A stretch of DNA of 64,000 nt from Streptosporangiaceae bacterium (GTDB lineage Bacteria > Actinomycetota > Actinomycetes > Streptosporangiales > Streptosporangiaceae), in contig JBAUAR010000011.1 in assembly GCA_049675875.1 (NCBI GenBank), positions 2,081 to 66,080 of the forward strand, in the 5' to 3' direction. Of this stretch, positions 47,234 through 57,134 are shown piece by piece; the first letter of the stretch is position 1; each line of letters begins with the position of its first letter. The translations under genes were made by a program, and so were the position numbers. The notes under the pieces were generated by a model, which was given only the letters and a program-made list of their open reading frames with translations, did no database searches and was not told the origin of the DNA.

Positions 47234-49057
47234 ATGGACGGTTTGTCGATCGGCGAGTATGCGCTGCTCTCGGACTGTCGCTCCGCGGCTCTCGTCAGCC
47301 GGGACGGCTCGGTGGACTGGCTCTGCTTCCCCCGCTTCGACGGGCCGTCGGTGTTCTGCCGCATCCTTGACCAGGCCGGCGGCCATTTCGCGATCCGGCC
47401 CGCAGCCGAGTTCCAAGTCAGCCGCCGGTACGTGGACCAGACGCTAGTACTGGAGACCACCTTTACCACCGCAGGTGGCACCGCGGTACTCACTGATGCC
47501 CTCGCGATGGGCCGCGACGAGCGTGGCCACCACTTGGGGGCCGACTCGCCAGGTACGCTGCTGCGCTCGCTGGCCTGCACCCGCGGTGAGGTCGAAGCGG
47601 AGATCAGCTACGCGCCCCGGCCGGAGTACGGGCTCATCCGCTCCGCCTTGGTTCCTGTCCCCGGCGGGCTCGCTGCCAGGGGCGGCGCCAGCCGCCTGCT
47701 CTTGTCCACGTCGATCAGCTTCGCCGTGGCTGACGCCACCGCGACCGCCACTATCCGGCTGGGCGCCGGGCAGTCTGCCGTGTTTGCGCTCGGGCACGAG
47801 GACATGGTCGGCCCGCCACTGGCCCCGTGGACCGCGGCGGAGATCACCGGCCGGCTGGACGACACACAGGAGGGCTGGCGGTCCTGGTCAGCGATTCACC
47901 AGAATTACGAGGGGCCGTGGCGTGAGCTGGTGCGTCATTCAGGGCGCGTGCTGCAGGCCATGACGTTCGCGCCGACGGGAGCGATCGTGGCGGCGCCGAC
48001 CACCTCGCTGCCGGAAACTATCGGCGGTGAGCGGAACTGGGACTACCGCTACACCTGGGTGCGCGACGCCAGCCTGACCATGGAGGCCCTGTGGGTGGCG
48101 GCTTGCCCAGACGAGGCGAACAAGTTCTTCGCTTTCCTGGCCAATGCGGCCGCCTCCGGGCCGCAGCGCGGCGCGGACCTGCCGATCATGTTCGGCATTG
48201 GCGGCGAGCGGGACCTGTCCGAGCGGGAGCTGCCACATCTGGCAGGCTGGCGAGGCAGCCGGCCGGTCCGGGTCGGCAACGGCGCATGGCTGCAGCGGCA
48301 GCTCGACGTGTACGGTGAACTGCTCCGCGCTGCGCAGCGGCTGGTCGACCAGCTCGGCGAACTGGACCCGGTAACCAGGCGGTTCCTGGTCACGGCCGCC
48401 GACACCGCCGCTACCCGCTGGCGGGAGAAGGACCAGGGGATCTGGGAGATCCGGGGCGAGCCGCAGGACTTCCTGTATTCGAAGCTCATGTGCTGGGCCG
48501 CGGTGGACTGCGCGATCGCCTTGGCCAGCCATCTCGGCGCCGAAGACCGGCTGGCTGACTGGGGAGCTGCCCGTGACGAGATCCGGGCGGCCATCCTTAC
48601 CAGCGGCTGGAATGAGCGGGCCGGTGCCTTCACGCAGGCGTTCGGCAGCGAGGACCTTGACGCGTCGAGCCTGATGCTGACCATCACCGGATTCCTGCCG
48701 GGCGATGACCCGCGGATGAAGGCAACGATCGATGCCATCGCCCGGCGGCTGACAGACGAGCGCGGGCTGGTGTACCGGTACCTAGCCAGCGACGGTCTGC
48801 CGGGTCAGGAGGGCACGTTCCTGCTGTGCACCTTCTGGCTCGCGCAGGCGCAGGCGCTCGCCGGAGATGTTGATGCGGCCACAGCGTCCTTCGAGCGTGC
48901 CGCCGCCGCCATCAACGATGTCGGCCTGCTCGCCGAGGAGGTCGACCCCCGCAATGGCGAGATGATCGGCAACTTTCCACAGGCGTTCAGTCACATCGGC
49001 CTGATTAACGCCGCCTGGGCTATCACGCAAGCCCAGCAGTCCGCCGGCCGGAGCTGA
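47234..49057 (+). CDS. Glycoside hydrolase family 15 protein, distant paralogue of 11041-12939
   Basis: YALLSDCRSAALVSRDGSVDWLCFPRFDGPSVF and ERNWDYRYTWVRDAS. Confidence 0.9.
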   Translation: MDGLSIGEYALLSDCRSAALVSRDGSVDWLCFPRFDGPSVFCRILDQAGGHFAIRPAAEFQVSRRYVDQTLVLETTFTTAGGTAVLTDALAMGRDERGHHLGADSPGTLLRSLACTRGEVEAEISYAPRPEYGLIRSALVPVPGGLAARGGASRLLLSTSISFAVADATATATIRLGAGQSAVFALGHEDMVGPPLAPWTAAEITGRLDDTQEGWRSWSAIHQNYEGPWRELVRHSGRVLQAMTFAPTGAIVAAPTTSLPETIGGERNWDYRYTWVRDASLTMEALWVAACPDEANKFFAFLANAAASGPQRGADLPIMFGIGGERDLSERELPHLAGWRGSRPVRVGNGAWLQRQLDVYGELLRAAQRLVDQLGELDPVTRRFLVTAADTAATRWREKDQGIWEIRGEPQDFLYSKLMCWAAVDCAIALASHLGAEDRLADWGAARDEIRAAILTSGWNERAGAFTQAFGSEDLDASSLMLTITGFLPGDDPRMKATIDAIARRLTDERGLVYRYLASDGLPGQEGTFLLCTFWLAQAQALAGDVDAATASFERAAAAINDVGLLAEEVDPRNGEMIGNFPQAFSHIGLINAAWAITQAQQSAGRS

Positions 49058-49073
49058 TCGTTCGTGCCGCCAG

Positions 49074-49271
49074 TCGGCTCTCGCCGCCGCGCTGTTGGGA
49101 ATGTCGCACACCGATGCGAAAACGACGGCCGGGCTGATCAAGTTCAACACGTTCACGCACACCGCGACCACGCCCTACTACTTCACCCAGTGGCAGAACG
49201 GAAAGCTCGTCCAGGTGCAGCCACTCGCCCGTGGCGTCACCATCCAGTTGCCTACGGCGGGACTCAGCTAG
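49074..49271 (+). pseudogene. C-terminal remnant of a branched-chain-amino-acid-type ABC substrate-binding protein
   Basis: TTAGLIKFNTFTHTATTPYYFTQWQNGKLVQVQP resembles the C-terminus of LivK-type binding proteins (G-I-F-D...Y-V-Q-NGK-V). No N-terminal part. Confidence 0.35.
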
Positions 49272-49289
49272 CAGTCTGCTGCGGTCAGC

Positions 49290-50072
49290 GTGACTCGACC
49301 ACCAGGAGACTTCGCCATGGGGCAGCCCCTCATCACCGACGAGAATGGCATCCGCTGGATCACCCTGGACCGCCCGGAGATCCGCAACGCCCTGTACGTC
49401 CAGGACCTCACCCGCATCACCGAGGCTGTCACCGGCATCGGTGACAGCGTCAAGGCAATCATTGTGACCGGCAGCGGGGAACGCGCCTTCTCGGCGGGGA
49501 TGCACATCAGCACCTTCGCGGACGCCGCGCCCGAAGATGGCCGGGCGATCATCTCCAGCGTCCGCGACTGCATCGGCGCGATACGGCGAGTGCCGGTGCC
49601 GACAGTGGCGATGATCAACGGCTATTGCATCGGCGCTGGGTTCGAGATGGCACTCGCCTGCGACCTGCGAGTCGCTCACCCAGACGTCCGCCTCGGGCTG
49701 CCCGAAGTCAGACTCGGCATCCCTTCGGTAGTCGAGGCGGCACTGCTGCAGCAGTATGTCGGCCTGTCCAGGGCCAGGGAAATCATCCTCACCGGAGCCC
49801 TGTACCCGGTCACCGAGTTCGCCGCCCAGGGCCTGATCAACCGCACCGTCGAGCCGGCCCAGTTGCGCGCGGCCACACTCGAACTGCTCGGCTCGGTCAC
49901 CGCATGCACCCGTGAAGTCATCGCCGCGCAGAAAGGCCTGTTCGAGACCTGGCTCAACCACGGCCTGCAGAACAGCATCGACACCAGCGTCGACGTCTTC
50001 GCCGACATCTTCCGTGCGCCGGCCACCGCTGTGGCCATCGCGCACTACCAGCAATCCCGTGCGCGGGCCTGA
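49290..50072 (+). CDS. Enoyl-CoA hydratase/isomerase (crotonase) family protein
   Basis: ITLDRPEIRNAL, GSGERAFSAGMHI and INGYCIGAGFEMALACDLRVA. Confidence 0.85.
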   Translation: MTRPPGDFAMGQPLITDENGIRWITLDRPEIRNALYVQDLTRITEAVTGIGDSVKAIIVTGSGERAFSAGMHISTFADAAPEDGRAIISSVRDCIGAIRRVPVPTVAMINGYCIGAGFEMALACDLRVAHPDVRLGLPEVRLGIPSVVEAALLQQYVGLSRAREIILTGALYPVTEFAAQGLINRTVEPAQLRAATLELLGSVTACTREVIAAQKGLFETWLNHGLQNSIDTSVDVFADIFRAPATAVAIAHYQQSRARA

Positions 50073-50078
50073 GCACCG

Positions 50079-50831
50079 TCAGGTCATGCTGCCGGTAGCG
50101 CCCGCCGGCCCGGCCGCGCGGGATCCGGCAGCGAGGAATGCGGTTCCGAAGAACAACTCGGTCCAGCAGACGTCGGTCAGGTCTTCCTGCATGGCTGCGC
50201 GAATCGCCTCCCACGGACGGCGCATGATCCACTGATCGATCGAGGCGAAGGGCCGCACCATGGCGGTTCCGAGCTGCGCTAGCCACCCTGGCGTGTTGCC
50301 GGGAAGCTTGAGATCCAGCACGACCCAGTGTCCGCCGCCAGAAAGGGCCGCGGCGCCGTGGGCGATCACCGCTGCACACTCAGGCACCTGTGACATGGCG
50401 TAGGTGGACAGGATCGCGTCGACCTGGGTCGGGAATTCGAAGTCGACCGCGTCGGCTTGCACGAGGCTGATATTGCTCCAGCCGTTCGTCGCTATCCGAT
50501 CCTGGGCACGGGCGAGCATCGCGTCGGTCAGATCGACGCCGACGATCCGGCCGCTCGGACCGATCGCCTCCTCGAGCAGCGGGAAGTTCAGACCTGTGCC
50601 GCAGGCGATGTCGATGACGCTGTCACCCGCGCGCAGGCCGAGCGCTTGTACGGCCTGGAGGCGTTGTGCCCGCTGGGGATAACCGGGCGCGGGGTAGAGC
50701 CGGGAGGTGATGTCGTAATGCTTCGCCTTCTTGCGGTATGTCTCGATCAGGTGCTCGCGCGTACCGTCAAGCTGGCTCACGGTGTGCTCCTCGATCTCGG
50801 CACCTTCGCGGTAGGACCGCGCGCGATCCAT
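50079..50831 (-). CDS. Class I SAM-dependent methyltransferase (cluster gene)
   Basis: Motif I VIDIACGTGLNF and VGVDLTDAML. The start abuts the stop of the upstream SRPBCC gene (50831/50832). Confidence 0.85.
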   Translation of the reverse strand: MDRARSYREGAEIEEHTVSQLDGTREHLIETYRKKAKHYDITSRLYPAPGYPQRAQRLQAVQALGLRAGDSVIDIACGTGLNFPLLEEAIGPSGRIVGVDLTDAMLARAQDRIATNGWSNISLVQADAVDFEFPTQVDAILSTYAMSQVPECAAVIAHGAAALSGGGHWVVLDLKLPGNTPGWLAQLGTAMVRPFASIDQWIMRRPWEAIRAAMQEDLTDVCWTELFFGTAFLAAGSRAAGPAGATGSMT

Positions 50832-51296
50832 CTAGGACTCCGCGCTTACCCGGCTAGCGGACTCGACCGCAGCCTTGATCGCCACCATCTCCTGATCGCT
50901 TACGCGCTGAACTCTGCCTTTGAGGGTGCGCGGGACCGCGCGCATGATGCCCCCAAGGTCGACCTCAATCCACATCATGGCGTCGGTCCGCCCGTCATCC
51001 ACTGGCTCGAGTTCCATTGCCCAGCGTGCCGCGGAAGTGCCCATCGGCCCGGCGAACGCCACGTAGCGGGGCGCCTCGACAGCGGTCACCTGCTGGCTCC
51101 GGCCGCGAGTCAGCCCGAGTATTCCCTTCGCCCGCTGCTCCACCCGGGAGCCCGGCTGGAGCGCAGCTCCGCCGCGAACCCGGCATTCGAGAACCGTTGG
51201 CGCCCACTCCGGCCAGCGTCCGACGTCACAGACGTACGCCCACACGTCACGGACGCTGCTGGCGATTGTTATGCGGCTCTCGGTTCTGAATGTCAT
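50832..51296 (-). CDS. SRPBCC-superfamily (polyketide cyclase/dehydrase-like) ligand-binding protein
   Basis: ITIASSVRDVWAYVCDVGRWPEWAPTV is a typical SRPBCC N-terminus. About 150 aa. Confidence 0.75.
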   Translation of the reverse strand: MTFRTESRITIASSVRDVWAYVCDVGRWPEWAPTVLECRVRGGAALQPGSRVEQRAKGILGLTRGRSQQVTAVEAPRYVAFAGPMGTSAARWAMELEPVDDGRTDAMMWIEVDLGGIMRAVPRTLKGRVQRVSDQEMVAIKAAVESASRVSAES

Positions 51297-51414
51297 CGAG
51301 CGCACTTTGTCTTGATCACTTTTCAGCTGCATCAGGTCTCCAGCGACGCTCGAGTTAGCGTGAGCCACACCTGCGAGGCCACGTTTGGTTTCACGAGCCG
51401 AGGCGGCGGGTGGT

Positions 51415-52533
51415 TCACGCCCGACCGCTGGTCTCTTCAGGCTGGTTGTTCACCCCGACCGGCACAGGCTTACTGCGCCGGTGGGCGGTCAGTGCGTTCG
51501 CTATCTCGTGTGTGGTGTGTTCCCAGCCGCACAGGCTCGACCGCCGGTTTCGTGCGGCGACTCGCAGCCGGTGTCGGTGGCGCTCGTCGCCCAGCCAGTC
51601 CCCGATCGCGGCGGCGAGGGCAGCCGGATCGCCGGACGGAATCAGTTGACCGGGGCGGGTGCCATCGGCGTTGGAGCCGAGCGCCTCGGGCAGCCCACCG
51701 ACCGCGGCGGCTATGACGGGCAGGCCGTGGGCGAGGGCTTCGGTTACTGCCATGCCGTAGGTCTCCGAGCGGGACGGCGCGATGAGCAGGTCGGCAGTGG
51801 TGTACGCGTGGCTGAGCGCCGCGCCGGTCAGGACCCCGGTGAGCCGAACGCGGTCGCCGAAGCCGAGCCGAGTGATACGGGCTCGCAATTGGCCGGCGAA
51901 GTCCGGGTCGCGGTCGAGCGCTCCGGCCAGCACGCATTGCCAGTCCAGGTCACGCACCTCGGCGAGTGCCTCGACGAGGAGGTCCTGCCCCTTGTGGCGA
52001 CCGAGAGTTCCGACGCAGATCAGCTGACCGCGGACGGGCCGGGCGGGGGCAGCGACCCGATCGACGCCCGGCCGGGCGACGTGCACCCGGCAGGCCGGGA
52101 TCTCGTATCGGGTCAGGACCTGCTGGCGGGTCCAGTCGCTGGTAACGATCACGCCCGTGGCGCCGCGTAGCACGACTCGCTCGGAGCGCTCCGCGCTGGC
52201 GTCGTGGCGGATGCCGAGGGCGGTGGCCAGGGGCATGTGCAGGAGCACTGTCATGCGTATCCGGCCGGCGTGTGGCAGCAGCTGCGCTGCGGTCGGCGAG
52301 GCGATCAGTCCGTCGATCAGGGTGATCTCCCCGTCGGGGATGGCGGAGACGATCCGGGTCAGGTCGGCTCGGGCGTCCGAGTCGGGTACCGGCCACGCCG
52401 CGCCGACGGTCGCGACCAGCACCTCCCAGCCGGCCTCGGCCAGTCCCGCGCAGACCCGCCGGTCGTAGATGTTGCCGCCGGTGGGCTGACCGGGATTGTC
52501 GAAACCCTCGGGGACTACTACGTGGACCCGCAC
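51415..52533 (-). CDS. GT4-family glycosyltransferase (GT-B fold)
   Basis: GGNIYDRRV, and the C-terminal EX7E-type region SRSETYGMAVTEALAHGLPVIA. Confidence 0.85.
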   Translation of the reverse strand: MRVHVVVPEGFDNPGQPTGGNIYDRRVCAGLAEAGWEVLVATVGAAWPVPDSDARADLTRIVSAIPDGEITLIDGLIASPTAAQLLPHAGRIRMTVLLHMPLATALGIRHDASAERSERVVLRGATGVIVTSDWTRQQVLTRYEIPACRVHVARPGVDRVAAPARPVRGQLICVGTLGRHKGQDLLVEALAEVRDLDWQCVLAGALDRDPDFAGQLRARITRLGFGDRVRLTGVLTGAALSHAYTTADLLIAPSRSETYGMAVTEALAHGLPVIAAAVGGLPEALGSNADGTRPGQLIPSGDPAALAAAIGDWLGDERHRHRLRVAARNRRSSLCGWEHTTHEIANALTAHRRSKPVPVGVNNQPEETSGRA

Positions 52534-52646
52534 GATGCTCCCGCCGTCGAGAGCGGCTGCCGCACGGAGCCAGCCGCCAGCCTCCGGCCGATCTGAACTA
52601 CACCCGCCGCCGATCCGTCATACCTGACACAGCATGGTACGGAGAA

Positions 52647-53420
52647 GTGGTGGGCACGGTTCGACGGGATCAGCGAGCACCAACCTTGACGGCACTAGAG
52701 CAGGCACGGGCGGCCGCCTTCCCCGCGGGCGAGTATGTGGGCCAGGAGAGCTTCATGCGGGCGGCCGAGGTCCGCACGCTGGCGCACCGCGCCGGGGTCG
52801 GCCGCGGCGTCTCCGTGCTCGACTTGTGCTGCGGGGTGGCCGGCCCAGGTCGGATGATCACGGCGGAGTCGGGCTGCCGCTACCTGGGCGTTGATCACTC
52901 CGCCCCCGCGCTGGCCATCGCCCGGCAGCTGGCCTCGAACCTGACCTGCCGATTCGAGCAGGCTCACATCCCGCCGCTGCCCGAGGGCCGCTTTGAAGTA
53001 GTACTCCTGCTGGAGACGATGTTGGCGTTTCCCGACAAGGAAGCCTTGGCGGACGGGGTGGCGCGCGTGCTGGAAGTGGGCGGGCGGTTCGCCTTCACGG
53101 TCGAGGAAGGCCGGCCGCTGACCGAGCAGGAGCGAGCCCTGATGCCCGGCGCCGATACGGTCTGGCCCATTCAGCTGGCGAAATTGACAGCTGTGCTGCG
53201 CGAAGCGGGGCTGACCGTTACCTGGCGGCGTGAGGACAGCTCCTCCCATCAGGCAACGGCCGCAGCGCTGCTTCGCTGTTATCGAGCTGACTCACTCCGG
53301 ATCGCCGGCCAGATCGGGGCGCGGGCCACCGCCGACCTGATCACTTCGCACCAGCTCTGGAGCGACTGGATGGACAGCGGGCGGGTGCGCAAGTTCGCGA
53401 TGGTAGCCGAGAAGCAATGA
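52647..53420 (+). CDS. Class I SAM-dependent methyltransferase
   Basis: Motif I VLDLCCGVAGPG and LGVDHSAPAL. GTG start. Confidence 0.8.
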   Translation: MVGTVRRDQRAPTLTALEQARAAAFPAGEYVGQESFMRAAEVRTLAHRAGVGRGVSVLDLCCGVAGPGRMITAESGCRYLGVDHSAPALAIARQLASNLTCRFEQAHIPPLPEGRFEVVLLLETMLAFPDKEALADGVARVLEVGGRFAFTVEEGRPLTEQERALMPGADTVWPIQLAKLTAVLREAGLTVTWRREDSSSHQATAAALLRCYRADSLRIAGQIGARATADLITSHQLWSDWMDSGRVRKFAMVAEKQ

Positions 53421-54331
53421 CCGGCCTCGATGCCGCGTCGGCAACGTCCGGCTATGCCCGCTACCTGGCCGCGAAGACGACCGTGGATGACCAGGCGCTC
53501 AACCGGCAGGTGCTGGCCGAGCTGGGCCACCTGATGCCCGCGGGTGCGCCGCGGGTGCTCGAGGTGGGCGCCGGCCTCGGGACGATGGTGGCACGGCTGC
53601 TGGACTGGGGAGTCGTCGGCGCCGGCGAGTACGTCCTGCTCGATGCGGATCGGCAGCTGCTGGACTGCTCGCGGCGGTGGCTCTGCGATTGGGCGGCCAC
53701 GCGGGGTGTGCGCTGCGACCTGCTGCCGGATGGCCTGCGGCTGGGTGACCTGCGGGTACGCCTGGTGCACGCCGAGCTCGCGGGGTACCTGGAGGCCGGT
53801 CACGCGGAGCTGGCTGAGGTGCTGATCGCCAACGCCGTCCTGGACCTCGTGGACGTGCCGGCCGTGCTGCCCGGATTGCTACGGCTCCTTGTTCCCGGCG
53901 GCCTCTACTGGTTCACGATCAACTACGACGGCGAGAGCATCTTCGCCCCCGGCCACCTGCATGACGACCAGGTCATGCGGGCCTACCACCGCGACATGGA
54001 CGAGCGCATCCGCTACGGCCGGCCAGCGGGCGAAAGCCGCACGGGCCGCCGCCTGTTTCACCACCTGCGGGATGCGCGGGCGCCCGCGCTGGCGGCGGGG
54101 TCGTCGGACTGGGTCGTGTACCCGGCCCCGGATGGGAACTACCCGGCCGACGAGGCTTACTTTCTGGGCAGCATCCTTACTACGATCCGGGACGCATTGC
54201 GGAGTCGCCCGGACCGGGTGGAACCGGCGGACCTGGCCGACTGGCTGGCCGTGCGCCATCGCCAGCTGGCTGCAGGCGAGCTGGTCTACATCGCTCACCA
54301 GCTTGACTTCGTGGGCCGCTCGCCCGGCTAG
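53417..54331 (+). CDS. Class I SAM-dependent methyltransferase, second of a tandem pair
   Basis: Motif I VLEVGAGLGTM and LLDAD. ATGA overlap with the preceding methyltransferase. Confidence 0.75.
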   Translation: MTGLDAASATSGYARYLAAKTTVDDQALNRQVLAELGHLMPAGAPRVLEVGAGLGTMVARLLDWGVVGAGEYVLLDADRQLLDCSRRWLCDWAATRGVRCDLLPDGLRLGDLRVRLVHAELAGYLEAGHAELAEVLIANAVLDLVDVPAVLPGLLRLLVPGGLYWFTINYDGESIFAPGHLHDDQVMRAYHRDMDERIRYGRPAGESRTGRRLFHHLRDARAPALAAGSSDWVVYPAPDGNYPADEAYFLGSILTTIRDALRSRPDRVEPADLADWLAVRHRQLAAGELVYIAHQLDFVGRSPG

Positions 54332-54403
54332 CTCTCTGCCGCCGCACGGCGACGGACAGCAAGCCGACGGAGAACAGCACCGCGAACGTCAATGTCTCGG
54401 ATG

Positions 54404-56269
54404 TCAGCGACGCAAATCAGGATCTAGTCGCAGCGCTGCGATGCATGCCGCGGGCTCTCCGCTCAGGCTGCGCACCAGGACGGCGCTGCCCTCGCCGGAC
54501 ACCGGAATGTCGATGTCGCGCTGGCCGGCCGGCAGCACGACGTCCCTGACGGCTCTTCCGAGCTCAAGCTGCAACGTAGTCGCGGGGCCGGAGTACGAGA
54601 GCCGGATGATCCAGGCGTAACGGAAGACGTGCGCACTGAGCGGTATCCTCGTCGCCGCCGACCGTACCGGCCAGCATGTCCGTGAGCGGGCAGGCCGGAC
54701 GCTCGACGCGCCGACGTCGAGCGCCGGACGCAGTCTCCCCCGGCTGTCGAACATCATCAGGTTCGTGACGGCCCCGCTGGGAGCCGTCACGAAGCGGATC
54801 CCGGCACGTTCCGGCGCGAGCGGTCCGAGTACGCGTGACGTCTGCGTTACCGATCCCCGAAACCCGGCATACATCACGTACCAGGGAGTGGGCGCCGACA
54901 GAATCACGGTGCCGGGTCTCGCGCTAGCCAGCGCCGACCGGGCAGTGTCGATGTACGAGCGCGTCCTCGCGCTGGATGTGCTGCTGAGGTACGTGACCCC
55001 GGACCAGATCGAGCCCACCAGGAACGCTCCGGTCAGGGCGAACGCGCTCACCGCTAGTGGCCCCGAGCGCGGCCGTCTGATGCGGTAGGGATCCTGCTCG
55101 CCAATGACAGGCCAGAACGCAAGCCCGACACAGACAACGAGGACGGGTGCGGAATCGGCCAGGTAGTACGTGTCGGCGCCCAGCAGGCTGGCGGGTAGCT
55201 CGGTCAACCGCGAGATCGCGACCGGTCCGAAGTCAGCCAGCAGCAGCCATCCGGCCAGGATTAGCCAGGACCGCGGCGCATGCCGCCGGTACCACAGGCT
55301 CGCGCCGACGATGAGTCCAGCCAGCACCCAGGTGGCCTGGGTTAGTCCGGGAGTCTCGGCCGCGAAGCCGTAGTCGCCACCGGGCACGAACCAGTGCCAC
55401 GGTCCGCCGACTGCGGCCGGAACGAAGCTGACCCGGAGCATGGTCGCAGCCAGCGACAGCACGCTCGAGACGTCTCTCGGGTTGATCGGCTGCTGGGATG
55501 ATCTCTGCAGCTTGATCAGGAAGATGAGCACATACGCGGCGGTCAGCACTCCATAGATCGTCCAGGCTCGCCGGAAGCTCCGGAGGGTATGCCTGGCCGC
55601 AGCCGGCCAGCGGCCAGGCACAAGATATGCCGACGTCAGGGCGAAGAGCAGCAACGGCACCAGGACGCCCTGCACGTCGAAGAGCAGACCGACACCGAGC
55701 CAGATGGCTGCGGCGACGACATGACCGACACGACCAGAGCGGAGGTACCTGAGGTGGGAACAGGCTGCCGCCAGCATCGTCAACTGCAACGGCAGCCAGT
55801 CCGTCACAGTGGTCCAGAACGACAGCCCGGCCAGCGTCAGCGGCGTGAACAGGAAGATGGTCAGCGGGATCAGGATCGCCGGGCGGCTACCGAACAGGAT
55901 GAGGAGCAGCCGCAGCACCAGCACGCCTGCCGCCGCCAGCGCCGCGATGGTCACGATGGCGGCGAGCAGCCAGTCGTACGGCGACAGCCGGGTCAGCAGC
56001 CAGAACACGACCAGGCCGCCAGGCCGCAGATGGCCGCCACTGAAGCTGAACAAGTAGTTCAGGCTCAGCCCGTGCGACAGCGCACGATCCAGCAGCAGGA
56101 AGTCATCCTGCCGGAAATAGAAGCGCGAGATCAGGTACGCCTTCCAGGACAACTGGGCCACGATCAGCGCGACGGCCGCGAAGATGACGGGATTCCGGCG
56201 GACCCACCCGGCTGAGCCAGTGGCGGCACGCTGAACTGCCGCCGCAGGTAGCTGCCCTAGATCCGGCAC
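54404..56269 (-). CDS. Large polytopic membrane protein with C-terminal extracytoplasmic domain (GT-C-like glycosyltransferase candidate)
   Basis: About 12 TM helices. The first predicted loop carries FYFRQDDFLLLD, a DD motif as in GT-C enzymes. The 180-aa non-membrane C-terminus is unassigned. The family assignment is tentative. Confidence 0.55.
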   Translation of the reverse strand: MPDLGQLPAAAVQRAATGSAGWVRRNPVIFAAVALIVAQLSWKAYLISRFYFRQDDFLLLDRALSHGLSLNYLFSFSGGHLRPGGLVVFWLLTRLSPYDWLLAAIVTIAALAAAGVLVLRLLLILFGSRPAILIPLTIFLFTPLTLAGLSFWTTVTDWLPLQLTMLAAACSHLRYLRSGRVGHVVAAAIWLGVGLLFDVQGVLVPLLLFALTSAYLVPGRWPAAARHTLRSFRRAWTIYGVLTAAYVLIFLIKLQRSSQQPINPRDVSSVLSLAATMLRVSFVPAAVGGPWHWFVPGGDYGFAAETPGLTQATWVLAGLIVGASLWYRRHAPRSWLILAGWLLLADFGPVAISRLTELPASLLGADTYYLADSAPVLVVCVGLAFWPVIGEQDPYRIRRPRSGPLAVSAFALTGAFLVGSIWSGVTYLSSTSSARTRSYIDTARSALASARPGTVILSAPTPWYVMYAGFRGSVTQTSRVLGPLAPERAGIRFVTAPSGAVTNLMMFDSRGRLRPALDVGASSVRPARSRTCWPVRSAATRIPLSAHVFRYAWIIRLSYSGPATTLQLELGRAVRDVVLPAGQRDIDIPVSGEGSAVLVRSLSGEPAACIAALRLDPDLRR

Positions 56270-56354
56270 GGCCTGTAGCCTGCCACGGCCGCCAGCGCGC
56301 GCATCTTTGGGGCGGCGGGGGTCGTGGCAGGTGGCTGATACTGGCGGTCGTCTG

Positions 56355-57134
56355 TCATCGGCCCTCGAGCCCTAGGTCTGCGGGACCGGCGAGCGGGCCA
56401 GCGCGCAGGCGCGGCTCGGCGACGCGTTCACGTCCCCGCGAAACCAGATCGTGCCCGCCGCGCCGGGCCTTGGTGGCGAGGTAAGCGGCGTTGGCCCCGG
56501 TAAGGTGCAGCGCGGTCGGCACTTGCCTGGCGATCGTGATGCCCAGGCGGGCCAGCTGAGCGCTCTTGTCCGGGTTATTGCTCAGCAGCCGGATGCGGCT
56601 GGCGCCCAGCGCGTGCAGCATCTGGGCCGCGCTGGTGTAGTCGCGCTCGTCGGCTAGGTGGCCAAGCGCGAGATTGGCGTCGTAGGTATCCAGACCACCA
56701 TCTTGCAGCGCGTAGGCGTCGAGCTTGTCGTACAGTCCGATGCCGCGCCCTTCCTGGCGCAGATACAGCACATAGCCGCCGTGCTTGGTAATTCGCTCGA
56801 CCGCTTCGCGCAGTTGCGGGCCGCAGTCGCACCGCTGACTGCCGAATACATCACCGGTGAGGCACTCACTGTGCAGGCGTACCAGCGGCAGCACCGCCGC
56901 GGCGGGCCGGCCGAGTTCGAGGGCCAGGTGCGGCTGCGCGTCGGTCAGGCCGGTGAAGCTAACGACCGTGGCAATGGTTGAGTAGTCGTCAGCGAAACGC
57001 AGCGGGATGCGAATTCGGCGGCGGATCGCCGCCCTCGGGATTGCCTCGGTCACGACATGAGCCGTTCGGCCTCGCACCGGGTCGAGGGCACCGTCAGCGG
57101 CGCGCCGAGGCCGGTCACCGGGCTGGCCAGTCAA
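56355..57134 (-). CDS. GTP cyclohydrolase II
   Basis: [24 protein letters not shown] (Zn ligands), [29 protein letters not shown] and [13 protein letters not shown] start in the track is uncertain. Confidence 0.9.
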   Translation of the reverse strand: MTGQPGDRPRRAADGALDPVRGRTAHVVTEAIPRAAIRRRIRIPLRFADDYSTIATVVSFTGLTDAQPHLALELGRPAAAVLPLVRLHSECLTGDVFGSQRCDCGPQLREAVERITKHGGYVLYLRQEGRGIGLYDKLDAYALQDGGLDTYDANLALGHLADERDYTSAAQMLHALGASRIRLLSNNPDKSAQLARLGITIARQVPTALHLTGANAAYLATKARRGGHDLVSRGRERVAEPRLRAGPLAGPADLGLEGR

